Part shown: in pieces, positions 1 to 14,100 of the stretch
Layout of the letters: the number at the start of each line of letters is the position of its first letter
How positions within the stretch are numbered: the first letter of the stretch is position 1
From: Nitrospinaceae bacterium
Lineage (GTDB): Bacteria; Nitrospinota; Nitrospinia; Nitrospinales; Nitrospinaceae
Assembly (NCBI GenBank): GCA_965223665.1
Contig: OZ245011.1
Location: 2,720,001 to 2,784,000, forward strand
Direction: 5' to 3'
Length of the DNA: 64,000 nt
Program-made: the position numbers and the translations under genes
Notes under the pieces: model-generated
Told to the model about the DNA's origin: nothing
The model's database searches: none
Seen by the model: only the letters and a program-made list of their open reading frames with translations

Positions 1-691
1 GGTGATCCACCGGGTTCATTGCAACCGCCCTCACTCGAGGACGTCTCCCCATCCAACGGGTTCGCCCCGCTTTACCAATGGAAACATTTTCATGATCTGT
101 ATTACCCACCGTTCCAACGGTTGCACGACATTTAACATCCACCAACCGGACTTCCCCAGAAGACAACTTTATATTGGCAAAACGCCCTTCTTTCGCCATC
201 AATTGGGCAAAGGCTCCTGCGCTTCGAGCAATCTGACCACCTTTTCCAGGACGCAATTCAATATTATGAATTAAAGTACCTTCAGGTATTTTTTCTAGAG
301 TGAGACAGTTCCCGGGTCGCGCTTCCGCTTTATCCCCCGATAACAACTCATCACCTACAGAAATTTCTTTAGGAGCGATTATATAGCGCTTCTCACCATC
401 TTTATAAATTAATAAGGCAATATGAGATGAGCGGTTGGGATCATATTCTATCCCTGCAACACGAGCAGAAATACCATCTTTATTTCGCTTAAAATCTACT
501 ATTCGATACAGTTTACGGTGCCCGCCGCCACGGCGCCGCATAGTCACACGGCCATTGTTATTCCTACCTCCCTTGCGAGAAATAGAAACCAAAAGACTTT
601 TCTCGGGTGTCTTTTTAGTAACTTCTTTAAAATCCGATCGCGTTTGAAAACGAACGCCTGGAGATGTTGGATTAAGTTTTCTAACTGCCAT
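1..691 (-). CDS. rplB: 50S ribosomal protein L2 (partial, 3' end beyond window start)
   Basis: Not in ORF track. Manual translation from ATG at 691 gives [16 protein letters not shown]...[29 protein letters not shown] and ends ...[10 protein letters not shown] at the edge; follows rplW. Confidence 0.97.
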   Translation of the reverse strand, partial: MAVRKLNPTSPGVRFQTRSDFKEVTKKTPEKSLLVSISRKGGRNNNGRVTMRRRGGGHRKLYRIVDFKRNKDGISARVAGIEYDPNRSSHIALLIYKDGEKRYIIAPKEISVGDELLSGDKAEARPGNCLTLEKIPEGTLIHNIELRPGKGGQIARSAGAFAQLMAKEGRFANIKLSSGEVRLVDVKCRATVGTVGNTDHENVSIGKAGRTRWMGRRPRVRAVAMNPVDH

Positions 692-696
692 TTTTG

Positions 697-984
697 CTAC
701 GCACCTTCAAAAAAGTCTATTCGGTCACCTTCTTTTAACAGAACGATGGCCTTCTTAGTCGCCTTAGTGAATCCTGTATGTTTTCCAAAACGTCGCCGTT
801 TGGGACCCACATTGACTGTATTAACTCGCAAAACATTAACCTTAAATATTTTTTCTATCGCTTGTTTAATTTGCACTTTATTCGAGTCAGGGTGCACCTG
901 AAACATCACTCGATTTCCATGATCTTGCATCAAGGTACTTTTTTCTGTAATGAGAGGTTTTTCTAAAATCTGATACAAGTTCAT
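697..984 (-). CDS. rplW: 50S ribosomal protein L23
   Basis: KPLITEKS and KKAIVLL motifs; S10 operon position. Confidence 0.97.
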   Translation of the reverse strand: MNLYQILEKPLITEKSTLMQDHGNRVMFQVHPDSNKVQIKQAIEKIFKVNVLRVNTVNVGPKRRRFGKHTGFTKATKKAIVLLKEGDRIDFFEGA

Positions 985-988
985 AGTT

Positions 989-1615
989 TTACGCTAGCCT
1001 CTCCTGCACTTTTTTAATCGAATCCTGAGTAAACACGATATTCTCATGGACTAGCAAATCATAAACATTCAATCCCTCTGCACGCAAAACGTCTACGTTT
1101 GGCAAATTACGCACTGCCAACTCTAAATTCTGGTTTTTATCTTCTAGCACAAAAATCACTTTGGAAGACAGACCCATTCCTTCTAAAAAAGCTAAAGCCT
1201 CTTTAGTCTTTGGTTCCGAGAGCTCAATTTTATCTACCACTCTCATTTTATTTTCACGCATACGATCCGTTAACACAGAAATAAGCGCTTGCTTTCTAAT
1301 CTTTTTAGAAACCTTAAACCCAAAGCTCCTAGGAGTAGGACCAAAAGTTGTTAGGCCGCCGCGCCAAATAGCAGATCGGTTACTACCTGCCCTGGCTCGT
1401 CCAGTTCCTTTTTGCCTCCAAGGTTTTTTACCTCCACCACGTAACTCACTATAACTACTTTTTGTAGAAGCAGTGCCACTGCGTCGATTAGCCAATTGTT
1501 GGTTTACACACATTTGCACCAGATGGTCTTTCACCTTAGCGTCGAAAATATCTGGAGAAACATCAACAGATCCCACTTTTTGATTTTTCGAATCCACTAA
1601 ATCTATTTCTGGCAT
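989..1615 (-). CDS. rplD: 50S ribosomal protein L4
   Basis: GGGKKPWRQKGTGRARAGS motif. Confidence 0.98.
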   Translation of the reverse strand: MPEIDLVDSKNQKVGSVDVSPDIFDAKVKDHLVQMCVNQQLANRRSGTASTKSSYSELRGGGKKPWRQKGTGRARAGSNRSAIWRGGLTTFGPTPRSFGFKVSKKIRKQALISVLTDRMRENKMRVVDKIELSEPKTKEALAFLEGMGLSSKVIFVLEDKNQNLELAVRNLPNVDVLRAEGLNVYDLLVHENIVFTQDSIKKVQERLA

Positions 1616-1639
1616 ACAACCACCATTTTCCTAAAAAAG

Positions 1640-2275
1640 TTATTTCGCGGCGGATCGATTTCCTAAAATACGAACAAGACCGCCATTTGCACCCGGTATT
1701 GCTCCGCGCAAAAGTAAAACATTATTTCCCGCATCCACTCGAACTACACGCAGGTTTTTTACATGGACTTTCTTACCGCCCATCCTGCCGGGCATCCCCT
1801 TGCCTTTAAAAGTCCGCCCAGGATAAGTACACATTCCAATTGACCCGGCACCTCGGAAAGACTCATGCGTACCTCGAGAAGCAGGCTGCCCACGATATCC
1901 AAAACGCTTCACCACTCCGGCGAAACCACGCCCCTTAGAAACCCCTAAAACGTCAACCAAGTCTCCCTCTTGAAACATATCAACTTTGAGAGGCTTACCG
2001 ATCTCATCTTCGCTCACTTCTTGGTTGCGAAATTCAGTAAGAAGCTTAGAAGGAGCAATATTTAGTTTTTTAAAAACACCCTGCATTGGCTTGTTAGTAT
2101 GCTTCTCTTTACGATCCCCATAAGCCACAAGAACTGATTGATAACCATCAGTATCACTATTCTTTTGAAGCACAGGAACACACTTCTCTACCTGAACAAC
2201 TGTCACAGGAACACAATCCCCGTTATCAGCGTAGATTTGAGTCATCCCAATTTTTTTACCCAACAAACCGTTCAT
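1640..2275 (-). CDS. rplC: 50S ribosomal protein L3
   Basis: GKKIGMTQ, SKGRGFAGVVKR and GMPGRMG motifs. Confidence 0.98.
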   Translation of the reverse strand: MNGLLGKKIGMTQIYADNGDCVPVTVVQVEKCVPVLQKNSDTDGYQSVLVAYGDRKEKHTNKPMQGVFKKLNIAPSKLLTEFRNQEVSEDEIGKPLKVDMFQEGDLVDVLGVSKGRGFAGVVKRFGYRGQPASRGTHESFRGAGSIGMCTYPGRTFKGKGMPGRMGGKKVHVKNLRVVRVDAGNNVLLLRGAIPGANGGLVRILGNRSAAK

Positions 2276-2289
2276 ACGTTTTTAATTTT

Positions 2290-2598
2290 TTAAAGTTTAA
2301 TCTCAATATCCACACCCCCTGATAGATCTAATTTCATAAGAGCATCTACCGTTTGGGGAGTGGGTTCTAATATTTCAAGAATTCGCTTATGAGTACGAAT
2401 TTCGAATTGCTCTCTAGATTTTTTGTCAACATGGGGAGACCGAAGAACCGTCCAACGATTCCGCACTGTTGGCAAAGGAATAGGCCCAACGACCCTGGCA
2501 CCGGTCCGCTTGGTAGTTTCAACTATTTCTCCAACGGACCAGTCCAATAATTTATGGTCATATGCTTTAAGCTTAATTTTGATTTTCTGGTTCGTCAT
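2290..2598 (-). CDS. rpsJ: 30S ribosomal protein S10
   Basis: [22 protein letters not shown]; start overlaps the tuf stop by 1 nt (TAATG). Confidence 0.99.
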   Translation of the reverse strand: MTNQKIKIKLKAYDHKLLDWSVGEIVETTKRTGARVVGPIPLPTVRNRWTVLRSPHVDKKSREQFEIRTHKRILEILEPTPQTVDALMKLDLSGGVDIEIKL

Positions 2599-3788
2599 TA
2601 TTCAATGATCTCACTAACGATACCAGCTCCAACAGTCCGGCCACCCTCACGAATCGCGAAACGCAACTCTTTTGCCATTGCCACAGGAGTAATCAACGCA
2701 ACGTCCATTGTTACATTATCACCTGGCATAACCATATCCACACCTTCTGGCAAGGTACAAACTCCAGTCACGTCAGTTGTCCTAAAATAAAATTGAGGAC
2801 GATATCCATTAAAGAAAGGAGTATGTCGTCCACCCTCATCTTTATTTAAAACATAAACCTCAGCTTTAAATTTAGTATGAGGAGTAATCGAACCCGGTTT
2901 TGCTAAAACCTGCCCACGCTCAATATCATCTCGCTTGGTACCGCGCAATAAACAACCCACATTATCACCAGCTTGTCCATTGTCCAAAAGCTTTCGGAAC
3001 ATCTCAACACCAGTAACGGTTGTTTTGGTGGTGGGTCGGAAACCAACGATTTCTACTTCTTCTCCTACATTAATAATCCCAGTTTCTACCCGGCCCGTAG
3101 CAACGGTACCACGACCAGAAATACTGAAAATATCTTCAATAGGCATCAAAAAAGGCTTATCAACAGGACGCTCCGGAACTGGAATATATTCATCCACTGA
3201 TTTCATGAGTTCCCAAATAGCTCCATTTTTCGTATCATCGCCCGCATTATTCAGAGCCTCTAAAGCACTTCCACGGATTACAGGAATATCATCACCAGGG
3301 AATTCGTATTTGCTCAACAACTCACGCACTTCTAATTCAACCAAGTCAAGCAGTTCCTCATCATCAACCATGTCACACTTATTCATAAAAACCACAATCC
3401 GAGGCACACCCACTTGTCGGGCCAGCAAAATATGTTCGCGAGTTTGAGGCATCGGACCATCGGAAGCGCTGATTACCAAAATAGCGCCATCCATTTGAGC
3501 GGCACCTGTAATCATGTTTTTCACGTAGTCCGCGTGCCCCGGGCAGTCAACATGCGCATAATGCCGAGTTTCAGTTTGATACTCTACATGCGCAATAGCA
3601 ATCGTAATTCCCCGCTCACGCTCTTCCGGCGCCTTATCAATTTGATCAAAGGCGATGCTATCAGCCAAACCCTTTTTGGACAAAACCTCGGTGATGGCCG
3701 CAGTGAGTGTAGTTTTTCCATGGTCAACGTGCCCAATGGTCCCTATATTTACATGCGGTTTATCTCTCACAAATTTTTCTTTAGCCAT
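2598..3788 (-). CDS. tuf: Elongation factor Tu
   Basis: [24 protein letters not shown] and NKCD motifs; 396 aa. Confidence 0.99.
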   Translation of the reverse strand: MAKEKFVRDKPHVNIGTIGHVDHGKTTLTAAITEVLSKKGLADSIAFDQIDKAPEERERGITIAIAHVEYQTETRHYAHVDCPGHADYVKNMITGAAQMDGAILVISASDGPMPQTREHILLARQVGVPRIVVFMNKCDMVDDEELLDLVELEVRELLSKYEFPGDDIPVIRGSALEALNNAGDDTKNGAIWELMKSVDEYIPVPERPVDKPFLMPIEDIFSISGRGTVATGRVETGIINVGEEVEIVGFRPTTKTTVTGVEMFRKLLDNGQAGDNVGCLLRGTKRDDIERGQVLAKPGSITPHTKFKAEVYVLNKDEGGRHTPFFNGYRPQFYFRTTDVTGVCTLPEGVDMVMPGDNVTMDVALITPVAMAKELRFAIREGGRTVGAGIVSEIIE

Positions 3789-3823
3789 ACCGATTCACTC
3801 CATTAATTATTCTTGTTTCAAGG

Positions 3824-5926
3824 TTACACAGTCACTTCATTCGAAGTACCAGTAGATTTTGCGATCAATTCCTCAGCGATTGCAGAAGGCACTACGTCGT
3901 ATTTCAAAAATTCCATAGAAAAATTAGCTCGACCTTGCGTCGCCGATCGCAAATCTGTTGAATATCCAAACATCCCAGCTAAGGGAACTTCGGCTCGCAC
4001 CACTTTCGCTCCTGCCCTGTCACTCAGCTCTTTTACTTTTCCACGTTTGGAATTAAGATTTCCTATTACATCCCCCATAAACTCTTCCGGGGTCACTACT
4101 TCAACATCCATCACAGGTTCCAATAGATTAGGCTTTGCCTTCTTACAAGCATCCCTAAAGGCAATTGAAGCACAAATCTTAAATGCCATTTCAGAGGAAT
4201 CCACATCATGGAAAGATCCATCATCCAAAGACACTCGCACATCCACTACAGGGAATCCGCAAACTATACCACGGTCCATAGCTTCTTCAATGCCTTTTTG
4301 AACCGCTGGGATATATTCTTTTGGAATCGCACCCCCTACAATATTATTCACAAACTCAAACCCAGACCCTGGCTCACGCGGCTCCACCTTGATTTCAACA
4401 TGACCATACTGACCACGACCACCGGATTGCTTAACATATTTATACTCATGATCCACTGATTTAGATATGGTCTCACGATAAGCCACCTGCGGCTTAGAAA
4501 CATGAACATCCAAATTAAACTCCCGCCGCATTCGATCAACCAAAATTTCTAGATGCAATTCGCCCATTCCAGAGATAACGGTTTGATTCGTATCATGATC
4601 AATACGAACTTCAAAAGTAGGATCTTCTTGCTGAAGTTTAATGAGACAATCAGAGAGCTTTTCTTGTTCCTGTTTGGTTTTAGGTTCAATAGCAACAGAA
4701 ATAACGGGTTGCGGGAAGGAAATTGATTCCAAAATTACAGGCTTATCTTCGGGACATAATGTATCACCTGTAAAAGATTTTTTTAATCCGATGGCAGCAG
4801 CAATATCTCCCGGACCCACGGAACTTACTTCCTCTCTTTTATTAGCGTGCATGCGCAATAGCCGACCCACGCGCTCCTTAATATTCTTTGTAGAATTATA
4901 AACATAGGACCCACTTTTCATTTGACCAGAATAAACTCGAAAATATGCCAATTGCCCTACAAAGGGGTCAGAAATAATTTTAAAAGCTAACGCAGCAAGA
5001 GGCTCATCCTCGCTGGATTTACGTTCAACTTCTTCTTGTGTATTGGGATTTACACCCACAATGGAAGGCACATCATTTGGAGAAGGAAGATAGTGCACTA
5101 CAGCATCAAGCAACTGCTGAACTCCTTTATTTTTAAACGCTGATCCACAAAAAATAGGAGTGAAACTCAAATCCAAGGTTCCCTTTCGGACCGTCGCCCG
5201 AACTTCTTCTTCAGAAATATCTTCACCACCCAAAAATTTCTCCATGATAGATTCATCTATATCAGATAAAGCCTCCATCAATGCTTCCCTATATTGCTCT
5301 GCATCATCACGCAAATTATCAGGAATATCGACCTCTTCAAAGGTTTCACCTTTGTTAGTTTTATCGTTATAGACATTTGCCTTCATCGTTACCAAATCAA
5401 TAACACCTTCAAAATCATTTTCAGCACCCATGGGCAATTGCATAATGACAGGACGCGCATTCAGCCGATCTTTCATTTGCTGGACGCAACCCATAAAATC
5501 GGCACCCGTTCGATCCATCTTATTCACAAAACTGATTCTTGGTACTTTATACTTTGAAGCCTGCCGCCATACTGTTTCAGATTGAGGCTCGACTCCGCCC
5601 ACAGCACAAAAAACACCTATCGCGCCATCTAAAACCCGCAACGACCTCTCCACTTCGGCGGTAAAGTCAACATGACCCGGAGTATCAATTATATTAATCT
5701 GATGCCCTAACCAAAAACATGTTGTAGCAGCCGAGGTAATCGTGATACCACGCTCCTGCTCTTGCTCCATCCAGTCCATTGTGGCATTTCCGTCATGGAC
5801 TTCGCCGATCTTGTGGCTTTTACCTGTATAATAAAGAACCCGCTCGGTGGTGGTAGTTTTTCCTGCATCAATGTGGGCAATAATCCCAATGTTCCGCAAT
5901 TCTTCTAGTTTAATTTTCTTTGCCAT
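3824..5926 (-). CDS. fusA: Elongation factor G
   Basis: [17 protein letters not shown] and NKMD motifs; 700 aa between rpsG and tuf. Confidence 0.99.
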   Translation of the reverse strand: MAKKIKLEELRNIGIIAHIDAGKTTTTERVLYYTGKSHKIGEVHDGNATMDWMEQEQERGITITSAATTCFWLGHQINIIDTPGHVDFTAEVERSLRVLDGAIGVFCAVGGVEPQSETVWRQASKYKVPRISFVNKMDRTGADFMGCVQQMKDRLNARPVIMQLPMGAENDFEGVIDLVTMKANVYNDKTNKGETFEEVDIPDNLRDDAEQYREALMEALSDIDESIMEKFLGGEDISEEEVRATVRKGTLDLSFTPIFCGSAFKNKGVQQLLDAVVHYLPSPNDVPSIVGVNPNTQEEVERKSSEDEPLAALAFKIISDPFVGQLAYFRVYSGQMKSGSYVYNSTKNIKERVGRLLRMHANKREEVSSVGPGDIAAAIGLKKSFTGDTLCPEDKPVILESISFPQPVISVAIEPKTKQEQEKLSDCLIKLQQEDPTFEVRIDHDTNQTVISGMGELHLEILVDRMRREFNLDVHVSKPQVAYRETISKSVDHEYKYVKQSGGRGQYGHVEIKVEPREPGSGFEFVNNIVGGAIPKEYIPAVQKGIEEAMDRGIVCGFPVVDVRVSLDDGSFHDVDSSEMAFKICASIAFRDACKKAKPNLLEPVMDVEVVTPEEFMGDVIGNLNSKRGKVKELSDRAGAKVVRAEVPLAGMFGYSTDLRSATQGRANFSMEFLKYDVVPSAIAEELIAKSTGTSNEVTV

Positions 5927-5953
5927 AATTCACCTACGCTCTTACCAATTCGA

Positions 5954-6424
5954 CTACCATCGATAATGCGCGAAGGCTTTGTTTGCTTCGGCCATACGAT
6001 GAACATCTTCCCTTTTTTTAATTGCTCCCCCCGCATTGTTGTATGCGTCTAAAAGCTCACTGGTCAATTTATCAGCCATGGAATGACCACTGCGCGATTT
6101 CGCAAATGAAATTAACCATCGAATACTTAACGCAGTTCGACGGTTCTGACTCACCTCCACCGGAACCTGATATGTTGCACCCCCAACACGGCGAGAACGA
6201 ACCTCCAAGAGAGGCGCCGCATTATCAATTGCCTTTTTAAAAACCTTTAATGGCTCTTCTTTAGTTTTTTCCCCAAGAGCATCAAGAGCTGAATACAAAA
6301 TCCTCTCAGCCAAACTCTTTTTTCCCTGTTTCAGCAGGCTGTTCACAAAACGAGCCACTAAAATATCATTGAATTTAGGGTCAGGTAAAATTTCTCGCTT
6401 TTCTGCTTCGCGTCTTCTTGCCAT
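5954..6424 (-). CDS. rpsG: 30S ribosomal protein S7
   Basis: [14 protein letters not shown] and [15 protein letters not shown]. Confidence 0.99.
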   Translation of the reverse strand: MARRREAEKREILPDPKFNDILVARFVNSLLKQGKKSLAERILYSALDALGEKTKEEPLKVFKKAIDNAAPLLEVRSRRVGGATYQVPVEVSQNRRTALSIRWLISFAKSRSGHSMADKLTSELLDAYNNAGGAIKKREDVHRMAEANKAFAHYRW

Positions 6425-6442
6425 AATAGTCTTAAAATTTAT

Positions 6443-6820
6443 TTAGGATTTTTTCGGCCGCTTGGCCCCGTATTTCGATCGCCCCTGCATTCGATTTTCT
6501 ACGCCTAAGGTGTCCAAACTTCCCCGCACAACATGGTAGCGCACACCCGGCAAATCCTTCACACGACCGCCACGAATTAAAACAATGGAGTGCTCTTGCA
6601 AATTATGACCTACACCAGGAATATAAGTGGTCACTTCCATCCCATTTGTCAGCCTTACCCTAGCCACCTTCCTTAAAGCTGAATTAGGCTTCTTGGGCGT
6701 CGATGTATAAACCCTTACACATACTCCACGCTTTTGTGGGCAACTTTTTAGGGCCGGACTCGCTGTTTTAGAAACTGGCTTTTTCCTGCCAATTTTGACC
6801 AATTGATTAATGGTCGGCAA
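6443..6820 (-). CDS. rpsL: 30S ribosomal protein S12 (TTG start preferred over the ORF-track start)
   Basis: [18 protein letters not shown] and [20 protein letters not shown] precedes TTG at 6820. Confidence 0.98.
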   Translation of the reverse strand: MPTINQLVKIGRKKPVSKTASPALKSCPQKRGVCVRVYTSTPKKPNSALRKVARVRLTNGMEVTTYIPGVGHNLQEHSIVLIRGGRVKDLPGVRYHVVRGSLDTLGVENRMQGRSKYGAKRPKKS

Positions 6821-6924
6821 AATAAACCTCTCTCTCAAAGGCCTGCACCACCATCCAGCAGGCCGCTGCTTAACGGTTTGTTTTTATTGATCTATGGATT
6901 TAGATGGTGACGGAAAAGTAATGG

Positions 6925-6952
6925 ATTTTATCACTCTTTCTGACGGAGTCAA
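6925..6952 (-). promoter_or_regulatory. Sigma70-type promoter for rpsL-rpsG-fusA-tuf-S10
   Basis: TTGACT-N16-TAAAAT with an extended -10 TG, in the rpoC-rpsL spacer. Confidence 0.65.
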
Positions 6953-6978
6953 GTGCAAATTAAGGGAAACCTAAATTT

Positions 6979-9900
6979 TCACTCTTCTACTGTCGCCGCA
7001 GTCTCTTCTTCTTCCACCTTGGGCTCTTCTGGTTCCTCAAATTCGGGCTCTTCTATGCGTATTCCACTATAAGCCCGACACCCTGTTCCTGCCGGAATCA
7101 AACGACCCATGATCACATTTTCTTTCAATCCTATCAGCCTATCCTCTTTTCCACTTACCGCAACTTCAGTTAACACCCGAGTGGTTTCCTGGAAGGAAGC
7201 GGCTGAAATAAAACTCTCTGTACTCAATGAGGATTTGGTAATCCCCAGAAGGACCGGCAATCCTTGTGCGGGCTTTCCCTTATCCTTTATAACTTCTTGA
7301 TTTTTAATGTTAAATATTTTTCGAGTTGACTGTTCACCTACCAATAGATCCGTGTCTCCCGGATCTTCAATCTGCAAATGACGCAACATCTGACGAACAA
7401 TAACCTCAATATGCTTATCATTTATAGTTACTCCCTGCAGCCGATAGACTTCCTGAACTTCGTTTACCAGGTATTTTTGCAACTCGTTTTCACCAAGGAT
7501 TCTTAAAATATCGTGTGGATTTGAAGCTCCATCCATCAAAGCTTCCCCAGCAATAACCGTGTCTCCTTCGTGAACATTAATGTGCTTTCCTCTGGGAATG
7601 AGGTACTCGCGCTCTTCACCATTGTCATTTACTACAACAACTTTACGCATTCCTTTTACAAAACCGCCAAATTTTACCGTCCCGTCAATTTCCGTTATCG
7701 TTGCTTGCTCATGCGGCTTACGCGCTTCAAATAATTCAGCAACCCTAGGAAGACCCCCGGTAATATCTTTGGTTTTTGCAGTTTCTCTAGGAATTTTAAC
7801 AATTACATCTCCCGCATTTACGAAGTCACCTTCATTAACATTAATGTGGGCTCCTGCGGGGAGAATGTATCGACGCAATGTCTCGCCACTATCATCTTTT
7901 ATGGAAATTCGCGGCTGCTTTTTCTCATCACGATGACTAATAATAACCTTTGAAGACAACCCAGTGATTTCATCGAAATCTTCCTTCATGGTTGTCCCTT
8001 CAATGATATCCCCATATGCAATAGTCCCGGCAACTTCAGTCAAAATCGAGTTGGTATATGGATCCCATTCCACCAGGGTTTGATTAGGCTGAACCTCCTG
8101 CCCATCATGCACCTTAAGCTTTGCGGCATACACAATGGAATAACGTTCTTTTTCGCGACCATGCTCGTCCTGCACAATAAGACTTCCATTCCGGTTCATA
8201 ACGATAATCTCTCCTCGCTGATTCCGGATAGTGCGCAATCCGCCATATTTAATTACCCCACCACGCTTTGTACTCAAAGTGGTTTGCTCAACTACACGAC
8301 TCGCAGTTCCACCAATATGGAAGGTCCGCATGGTAAGCTGGGTTCCTGGCTCTCCAATAGATTGAGCCGCAATTACACCAACCGGCTCACCCACTTCCAC
8401 CCAATCGTTTGTGGCCAAGTTTCGACCATAACACTTAACACAAAGCCCTTGATGAGATTCGCAGGTCAAACAAGAACGAATTTTCACTTTCTCAATCCCC
8501 GCGTTATCTATCAACTCAACCGCTCTTTCATCGATAAGAGAATTTGCTTCAATTAACACTTCATTAGTAAAAGGATCGATTATATCTTCCAAAGAAGTTC
8601 TACCTAAAAGACGATCACCCAATGGCTGAATAATCTCACCAGCTTCAACCAAGGAATAAGTTTCGACTCCTTTTAGAGTTCCACAATCTTCTTCCAGAAT
8701 AATAATATCTTGAGCAACATCCACTAATCGACGAGTTAAATAACCTGAATTTGCCGTTTTTAATGCTGTGTCGGCCAATCCCTTACGCGCACCATGGGTA
8801 GAAATAAAGTACTGAATCACAGACAAACCTTCACGGAAATTAGCAGTAATTGGAGTTTCAATAATTTCTCCAGATGGCTTAGCCATTAACCCACGCATTC
8901 CTGCTAATTGGCGCAATTGCTGAGAACTACCTCTCGCTCCTGAATCTGCCATGATGAAAATTGAATTAAAATCCTTCTTATCCACACCATCAACAACTCG
9001 CTCATCCTCTTCTTCCAATTCACGGAACATTTCTTCAGAAACCCTTTCCGTAACATGAGCCCAGATATCGATTACTTTGTTATAACGCTCCCCATTAGTG
9101 ATCAATCCATCTCGATACTGGTTGTACACCCTTAAAACTTCGTCAGCAGCTTTTTGAACCAAAGGCTCTTTGGCTTTGGGAATTTTCATATGATCAATTG
9201 AAATGGAAAGCCCTGCTTCAGTTGCAAACTTAAATCCAAGTTCTTTGACGTTATCCAACAAAGCAACCGTTTTCTCACGGCCCACTTGTTTAAAAGAAGT
9301 AGCAATCAATTCAGAAAGAGATTTTTTATTCATCTCCTGATTAACTAAAGTGAAAGGTAACTCCCTGGGCAACACTTCATACAAAAGAATTCGCCCTGTA
9401 GTCGTTACTTCCAGCTTACCATTTACATTAACCATAATACGCGCTTGTAAGTGCAGCTCGTCATGATCAAAGGCGGCACGCACCTCTTTAGCAGAACAAA
9501 AAACTTTACCCTCGCCTTTCACTCCCCCGCGGATTTTGGTCATATAATAACCACCCAGAACAATGTCTTGACTGGGAACCGCAATAGGCCTTCCATTAGC
9601 AGGCGACAAAACATTATTGGGGGACATCATAAGAAGTTGAGCTTCCACCCGAGCTTCCATTGACAGCGGAACATGCACGGCCATCTGGTCACCATCAAAG
9701 TCCGCATTAAAAGCTGTACAAACCAATGGATGAATCCTAATAGCTTTTCCTTCAATCAACACAGGCTCAAAAGCTTGAATTCCCAATCGATGAAGCGTAG
9801 GAGCGCGGTTTAAAAGAACCGGATGCTTTTGAATTACCTCTTCAAGAACTTCCCAGACTTCCGCTCGTTCTTGCTCAACCATTTTTTTTGCGGTTTTTAT

Positions 9901-11076
9901 GGTCGCGGCATACCCTTTCTGCTCAAGGCGATTAAAAATAAACGGCTTAAACAATTCCAAGGCCATCTTTTTAGGCAACCCACATTGATGCAGTTTTAAT
10001 TCAGGACCTACAACAATTACCGATCGACCTGAGTAATCCACCCGTTTTCCAAGCAAGTTTTGACGGAACCTACCTTGCTTTCCTTTAAGCATGTCACTTA
10101 AGGATTTAAGAGGACGCTTATTCGTTCCGCGAAGCGTTCTCCCCCTTCGACCATTATCAAATAAAGCCGATACCGCTTCCTGCAACATTCGCTTTTCATT
10201 ACGAATAATAATTTGGGGAGCTTTTAACTCCTGAAGTCGCTTTAATCGATTATTTCTATTAATTACCCTGCGATACAAATCATTTAAATCAGAGGTAGCA
10301 AAACGCCCCCCATCTAATGGCACCAACGGCCTTAATTCAGGTGGGATAACTGGAATAACATTCAAAATCATCCACTCTGGGCGATTTCCAGATTTCCGAA
10401 AAGCCTCAATAATTTTTAATCGCTTAGCAATTTTTCTTTTATTAAGAACAGAAGAAGTTTTTACAAATCCTTCCTTAAGCTCTACTGCGGTAGCCTCTAA
10501 ATCAATCGCTTTTAAGAGTTCAAATACTCCCTCCGAACCCACCATAGTTTTAAGTCCGGCTGGAAACTCCATTTCTGCTTCACGAAATTCATTTTCGGTC
10601 AAAAGCTGACCTGGATTAAAATCAGAGTCCCCAGGATCCAAGACTACATAATTTTCAAAATAAACAATCCGCTCAAGCTCTTTTAAGGTAAGATCCAAAA
10701 TATGCCCAATTCGACTCGGCAATCCTTTAAAGAACCAGATATGAGCCACCGGGCTGGCTAATTCAATATGCCCCAGCCGTTCCCGGCGAACTTTAGAAAG
10801 GATGACCTCAACACCACATTTTTCGCAGATCACCCCTTTATGCTTCATTCTTTTATACTTACCGCAGTTACATTCCCAATCCTTTACAGGACCAAAAATT
10901 TTGGCGCAGAACAAACCATCGCGTTCAGGCTTAAAGGTCCTGTAATTGATGGTTTCAGGTTTTTTGACTTCACCATAAGACCAAGACCGGATTTTCTCCG
11001 GTGAAGCTAAACGAACTCGAATAGCATCAAAAATAATTGGATTTTTGGGTTTTTCAAAAAAGTTCAGGTTATCCAC
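6979..11076 (-). CDS. rpoC: RNA polymerase beta' subunit
   Basis: [10 protein letters not shown] active site, N-terminal CNC...CEKC zinc motif, [15 protein letters not shown] start with AAGGAG RBS. Confidence 0.99.
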   Translation of the reverse strand: MDNLNFFEKPKNPIIFDAIRVRLASPEKIRSWSYGEVKKPETINYRTFKPERDGLFCAKIFGPVKDWECNCGKYKRMKHKGVICEKCGVEVILSKVRRERLGHIELASPVAHIWFFKGLPSRIGHILDLTLKELERIVYFENYVVLDPGDSDFNPGQLLTENEFREAEMEFPAGLKTMVGSEGVFELLKAIDLEATAVELKEGFVKTSSVLNKRKIAKRLKIIEAFRKSGNRPEWMILNVIPVIPPELRPLVPLDGGRFATSDLNDLYRRVINRNNRLKRLQELKAPQIIIRNEKRMLQEAVSALFDNGRRGRTLRGTNKRPLKSLSDMLKGKQGRFRQNLLGKRVDYSGRSVIVVGPELKLHQCGLPKKMALELFKPFIFNRLEQKGYAATIKTAKKMVEQERAEVWEVLEEVIQKHPVLLNRAPTLHRLGIQAFEPVLIEGKAIRIHPLVCTAFNADFDGDQMAVHVPLSMEARVEAQLLMMSPNNVLSPANGRPIAVPSQDIVLGGYYMTKIRGGVKGEGKVFCSAKEVRAAFDHDELHLQARIMVNVNGKLEVTTTGRILLYEVLPRELPFTLVNQEMNKKSLSELIATSFKQVGREKTVALLDNVKELGFKFATEAGLSISIDHMKIPKAKEPLVQKAADEVLRVYNQYRDGLITNGERYNKVIDIWAHVTERVSEEMFRELEEEDERVVDGVDKKDFNSIFIMADSGARGSSQQLRQLAGMRGLMAKPSGEIIETPITANFREGLSVIQYFISTHGARKGLADTALKTANSGYLTRRLVDVAQDIIILEEDCGTLKGVETYSLVEAGEIIQPLGDRLLGRTSLEDIIDPFTNEVLIEANSLIDERAVELIDNAGIEKVKIRSCLTCESHQGLCVKCYGRNLATNDWVEVGEPVGVIAAQSIGEPGTQLTMRTFHIGGTASRVVEQTTLSTKRGGVIKYGGLRTIRNQRGEIIVMNRNGSLIVQDEHGREKERYSIVYAAKLKVHDGQEVQPNQTLVEWDPYTNSILTEVAGTIAYGDIIEGTTMKEDFDEITGLSSKVIISHRDEKKQPRISIKDDSGETLRRYILPAGAHINVNEGDFVNAGDVIVKIPRETAKTKDITGGLPRVAELFEARKPHEQATITEIDGTVKFGGFVKGMRKVVVVNDNGEEREYLIPRGKHINVHEGDTVIAGEALMDGASNPHDILRILGENELQKYLVNEVQEVYRLQGVTINDKHIEVIVRQMLRHLQIEDPGDTDLLVGEQSTRKIFNIKNQEVIKDKGKPAQGLPVLLGITKSSLSTESFISAASFQETTRVLTEVAVSGKEDRLIGLKENVIMGRLIPAGTGCRAYSGIRIEEPEFEEPEEPKVEEEETAATVEE

Positions 11077-11152
11077 AAGCGTGGTCTCCTTGAAAAGTTA
11101 TCGATATATTTCGCCCAAGGATTGCATGATTATTTGCCGGGTAGAAATTACT

Positions 11153-14100
11153 TTATTTTGCCGTTTCAATCAGTTCTACATCAATCGCGAGGCTTTGCAG
11201 TTCTTTAACCAAAACATTAAACGACTCAGGCAAACTTGGAGTAAGGTTGGTATCTCCTTTAACAATCGCTTCATACATTCGCTTTCGACCCTCAACATCA
11301 TCCGACTTCACAGTCAACATTTCCTGAAGAGAGTAAGCTGCCCCGTAAGCTTCCAAAGCCCATACCTCCATTTCCCCTAATCGCTGTCCACCAAATTGAG
11401 CTTTTCCACCCAATGGCTGCTGAGTAACAAGGGAATAAGGCCCTGTAGAACGGGCATGAATTTTATCGTCGACAAGATGATGCAACTTAAGCATATAAAT
11501 ATAGCCCACCATTACCTTTTGCTGAAAGGGAAAGCCTGTGCGCCCATCAAAGAGATTTTCTTCTCCTGAAGGAGAACAACCACCCTCATTTAGCAAACGG
11601 CGAACATCTTCCTCATTAGCCCCATCAAATACAGGGGTAGCCATATGCTTACCTGTAGCTTTTGCCGCCATACCTAAATTAGTTTCAAATATTTGCCCCA
11701 CATTCATTCGGGATGGAACCCCAAGTGGATTTAATATCAATTCAATCGGCGATCCATTTTCCATATAAGGCATATCTTCTTCAGGAACAATTTTAGACAC
11801 CACACCTTTATTTCCATGACGTCCCGCCATCTTATCCCCAACTTGAAGCTTGCGTTTCATAGCCACAAAAACTTTCACCAGTTTAATTACACCTGGCGCC
11901 AAATCATCTCCTTTTTTTAATTTCGCCACTTTCTCACTCATCATGGCTTTAAGAATTTGAATTTGGTCTTTGCAACTATCATCTATTTGCTGCATTTCCG
12001 CAGAATCTACATCTTTAACTGGGATCTTTACCAGATCCTTAGAGACAACCCCCTTAAGGTCCTCTGCAGATAATACATGCCCTTTTTCAAAACTGCGCTT
12101 ACCCACTGTCTCGGATTTAGAAACCACTTTACCCAAGAGCATTGAGGTTAACTTTTTCTCTGATTCTGAACGGACAATATCAATCTCATCACTAAAATCT
12201 TTTTCGATTTTGGCAATTTCTTCTTCCTCAATAGAGAGACTTCGAGAATCCTTATCTACACCTTTCCTTGAAAAAACCTTTACATCAATTACAATCCCTT
12301 GAATTCCTGGAGGCACTCGCAAAGACGTGTCTCGCACATCCCCCGCCTTCTCACCAAAAATTGCTTTTAGAAGTTTCTCTTCGGGACTGAGCTGGGTCTC
12401 TCCTTTAGGAGTTATTTTCCCTACTAATATATCGTTTGGCTTGACACTCGCACCAATTCGAATAATCCCACTTTCATCAAGATTCCTCAGAGCATCCTCA
12501 CCCACGTTGGAAATATCTCGGGTAATTTCTTCTTTTCCCTGCTTGGTATCACGCGCCTCGACTTCAAATTCCTCAATATGGACCGAAGTAAAAATATCTT
12601 CTTTTACAACTTTTTCACTTATCACAATTGCATCCTCAAAGTTGTAGCCTTCCCACGGCATGAACGCTACCAAAACGTTACGACCCAGAGCTAACTCACC
12701 TTTATCGGTTGAAGGCCCATCAGCTATAACCTGTCCCTTCTTCACCTTTTCACCTGAAATCACTAAGGGACGCTGGTTAATACAGGTATTTTGGTTGGAC
12801 CGCTGATATTTTGACAACGTATAAATATCCACTTTCGAACCCAGAACCCGATTGTGCCGTTTAGCTTTTTCACTCGATCGAACTACAATACGGGAAGAAT
12901 CAGCACTAATAACCTCTCCATCACTATCCGAAACCACAACAGCACCAGAATCTCGAGCAACAATACTTTCCATTCCAGTTCCAACCAAAGGCGCTTCCGT
13001 TAACAATAATGGAACTGCCTGACGTTGCATATTGGAACCCATAAGAGCTCGGTTCGCGTCATCATTTTCTAGAAATGGAATCAAAGAAGCTGCAACACTA
13101 ATCAATTGCTTAGGAGAGACATCCATGAAATCGATTTTCTCTCTTGGTGACAAAATAAAGTCACCCCCCTGCCGAGCATCCACAATTTCGTTTTGAAGAT
13201 TATTACCGCTATCCATCTCAGCATTTGCCTGCGCAATAACAAACTCATCCTCCACAACCGCGCTATGAAACTCCACCTTATCGCTAACCTTTCCTTCTGT
13301 TACCTTCCGATAAGGAGTTTCAATAAAACCATAGTCGTTAACCCGCGCGTAAGTGCTAAGGGATGCAATCAATCCAATATTAGGACCCTCAGGGGTTTCA
13401 ATCGGACAAATTCTTCCGTAATGAGTGGGATGCACATCCCGGACTTCAAACCCTGCCCGTTCTCGAGTTAATCCTCCTGGACCCAAAGCGCTCAATCGAC
13501 GCTTATGAGTTACCTCTGAAAGTGGATTCGTTTGGTCCATGAATTGAGACAATTGACTGCTTCCAAAAAATTCCTTTATGGCAGCAGTAACGGGCTTGGA
13601 GTTAATCAGATCATGAGGCATAGCAACTTCTAAATCCTGAACAGACATACGCTCAATAATAGCCCGCTCCATTCGAACTAAACCAACACGAAACTGGTTT
13701 TCCAAAGATTCTCCGACTGCGCGAACTCGACGATTACCCAGGTGATCAATATCATCAATCACACCAATCCCATTTCTCAAATCAACTAAATACTTAACAA
13801 CTGCAATCAAATCTTCTTTTGCCAGCAGTCGATTTTCTAAAGGAATATCCAAATCAAACTTTTGATTCATCTTTAATCGACCCACAACAGAGAGATTGTA
13901 TCGCTTGGGGTTAAAAAATAGATTAAAGAAAAGGGTTTTAGCAATTTCAGTGGTTGGAGGATCCCCCGGACGCAATCGCTTATAAATTTCACGAATTGCA
14001 TCGTCTAAGTTATCGATTTTAGCCAAAACCATGGTATCTCGGATGGTAGTATCGGGCAAATCCTCATCAATATGCAAAATATGAAATTCAGAAATCCCAT

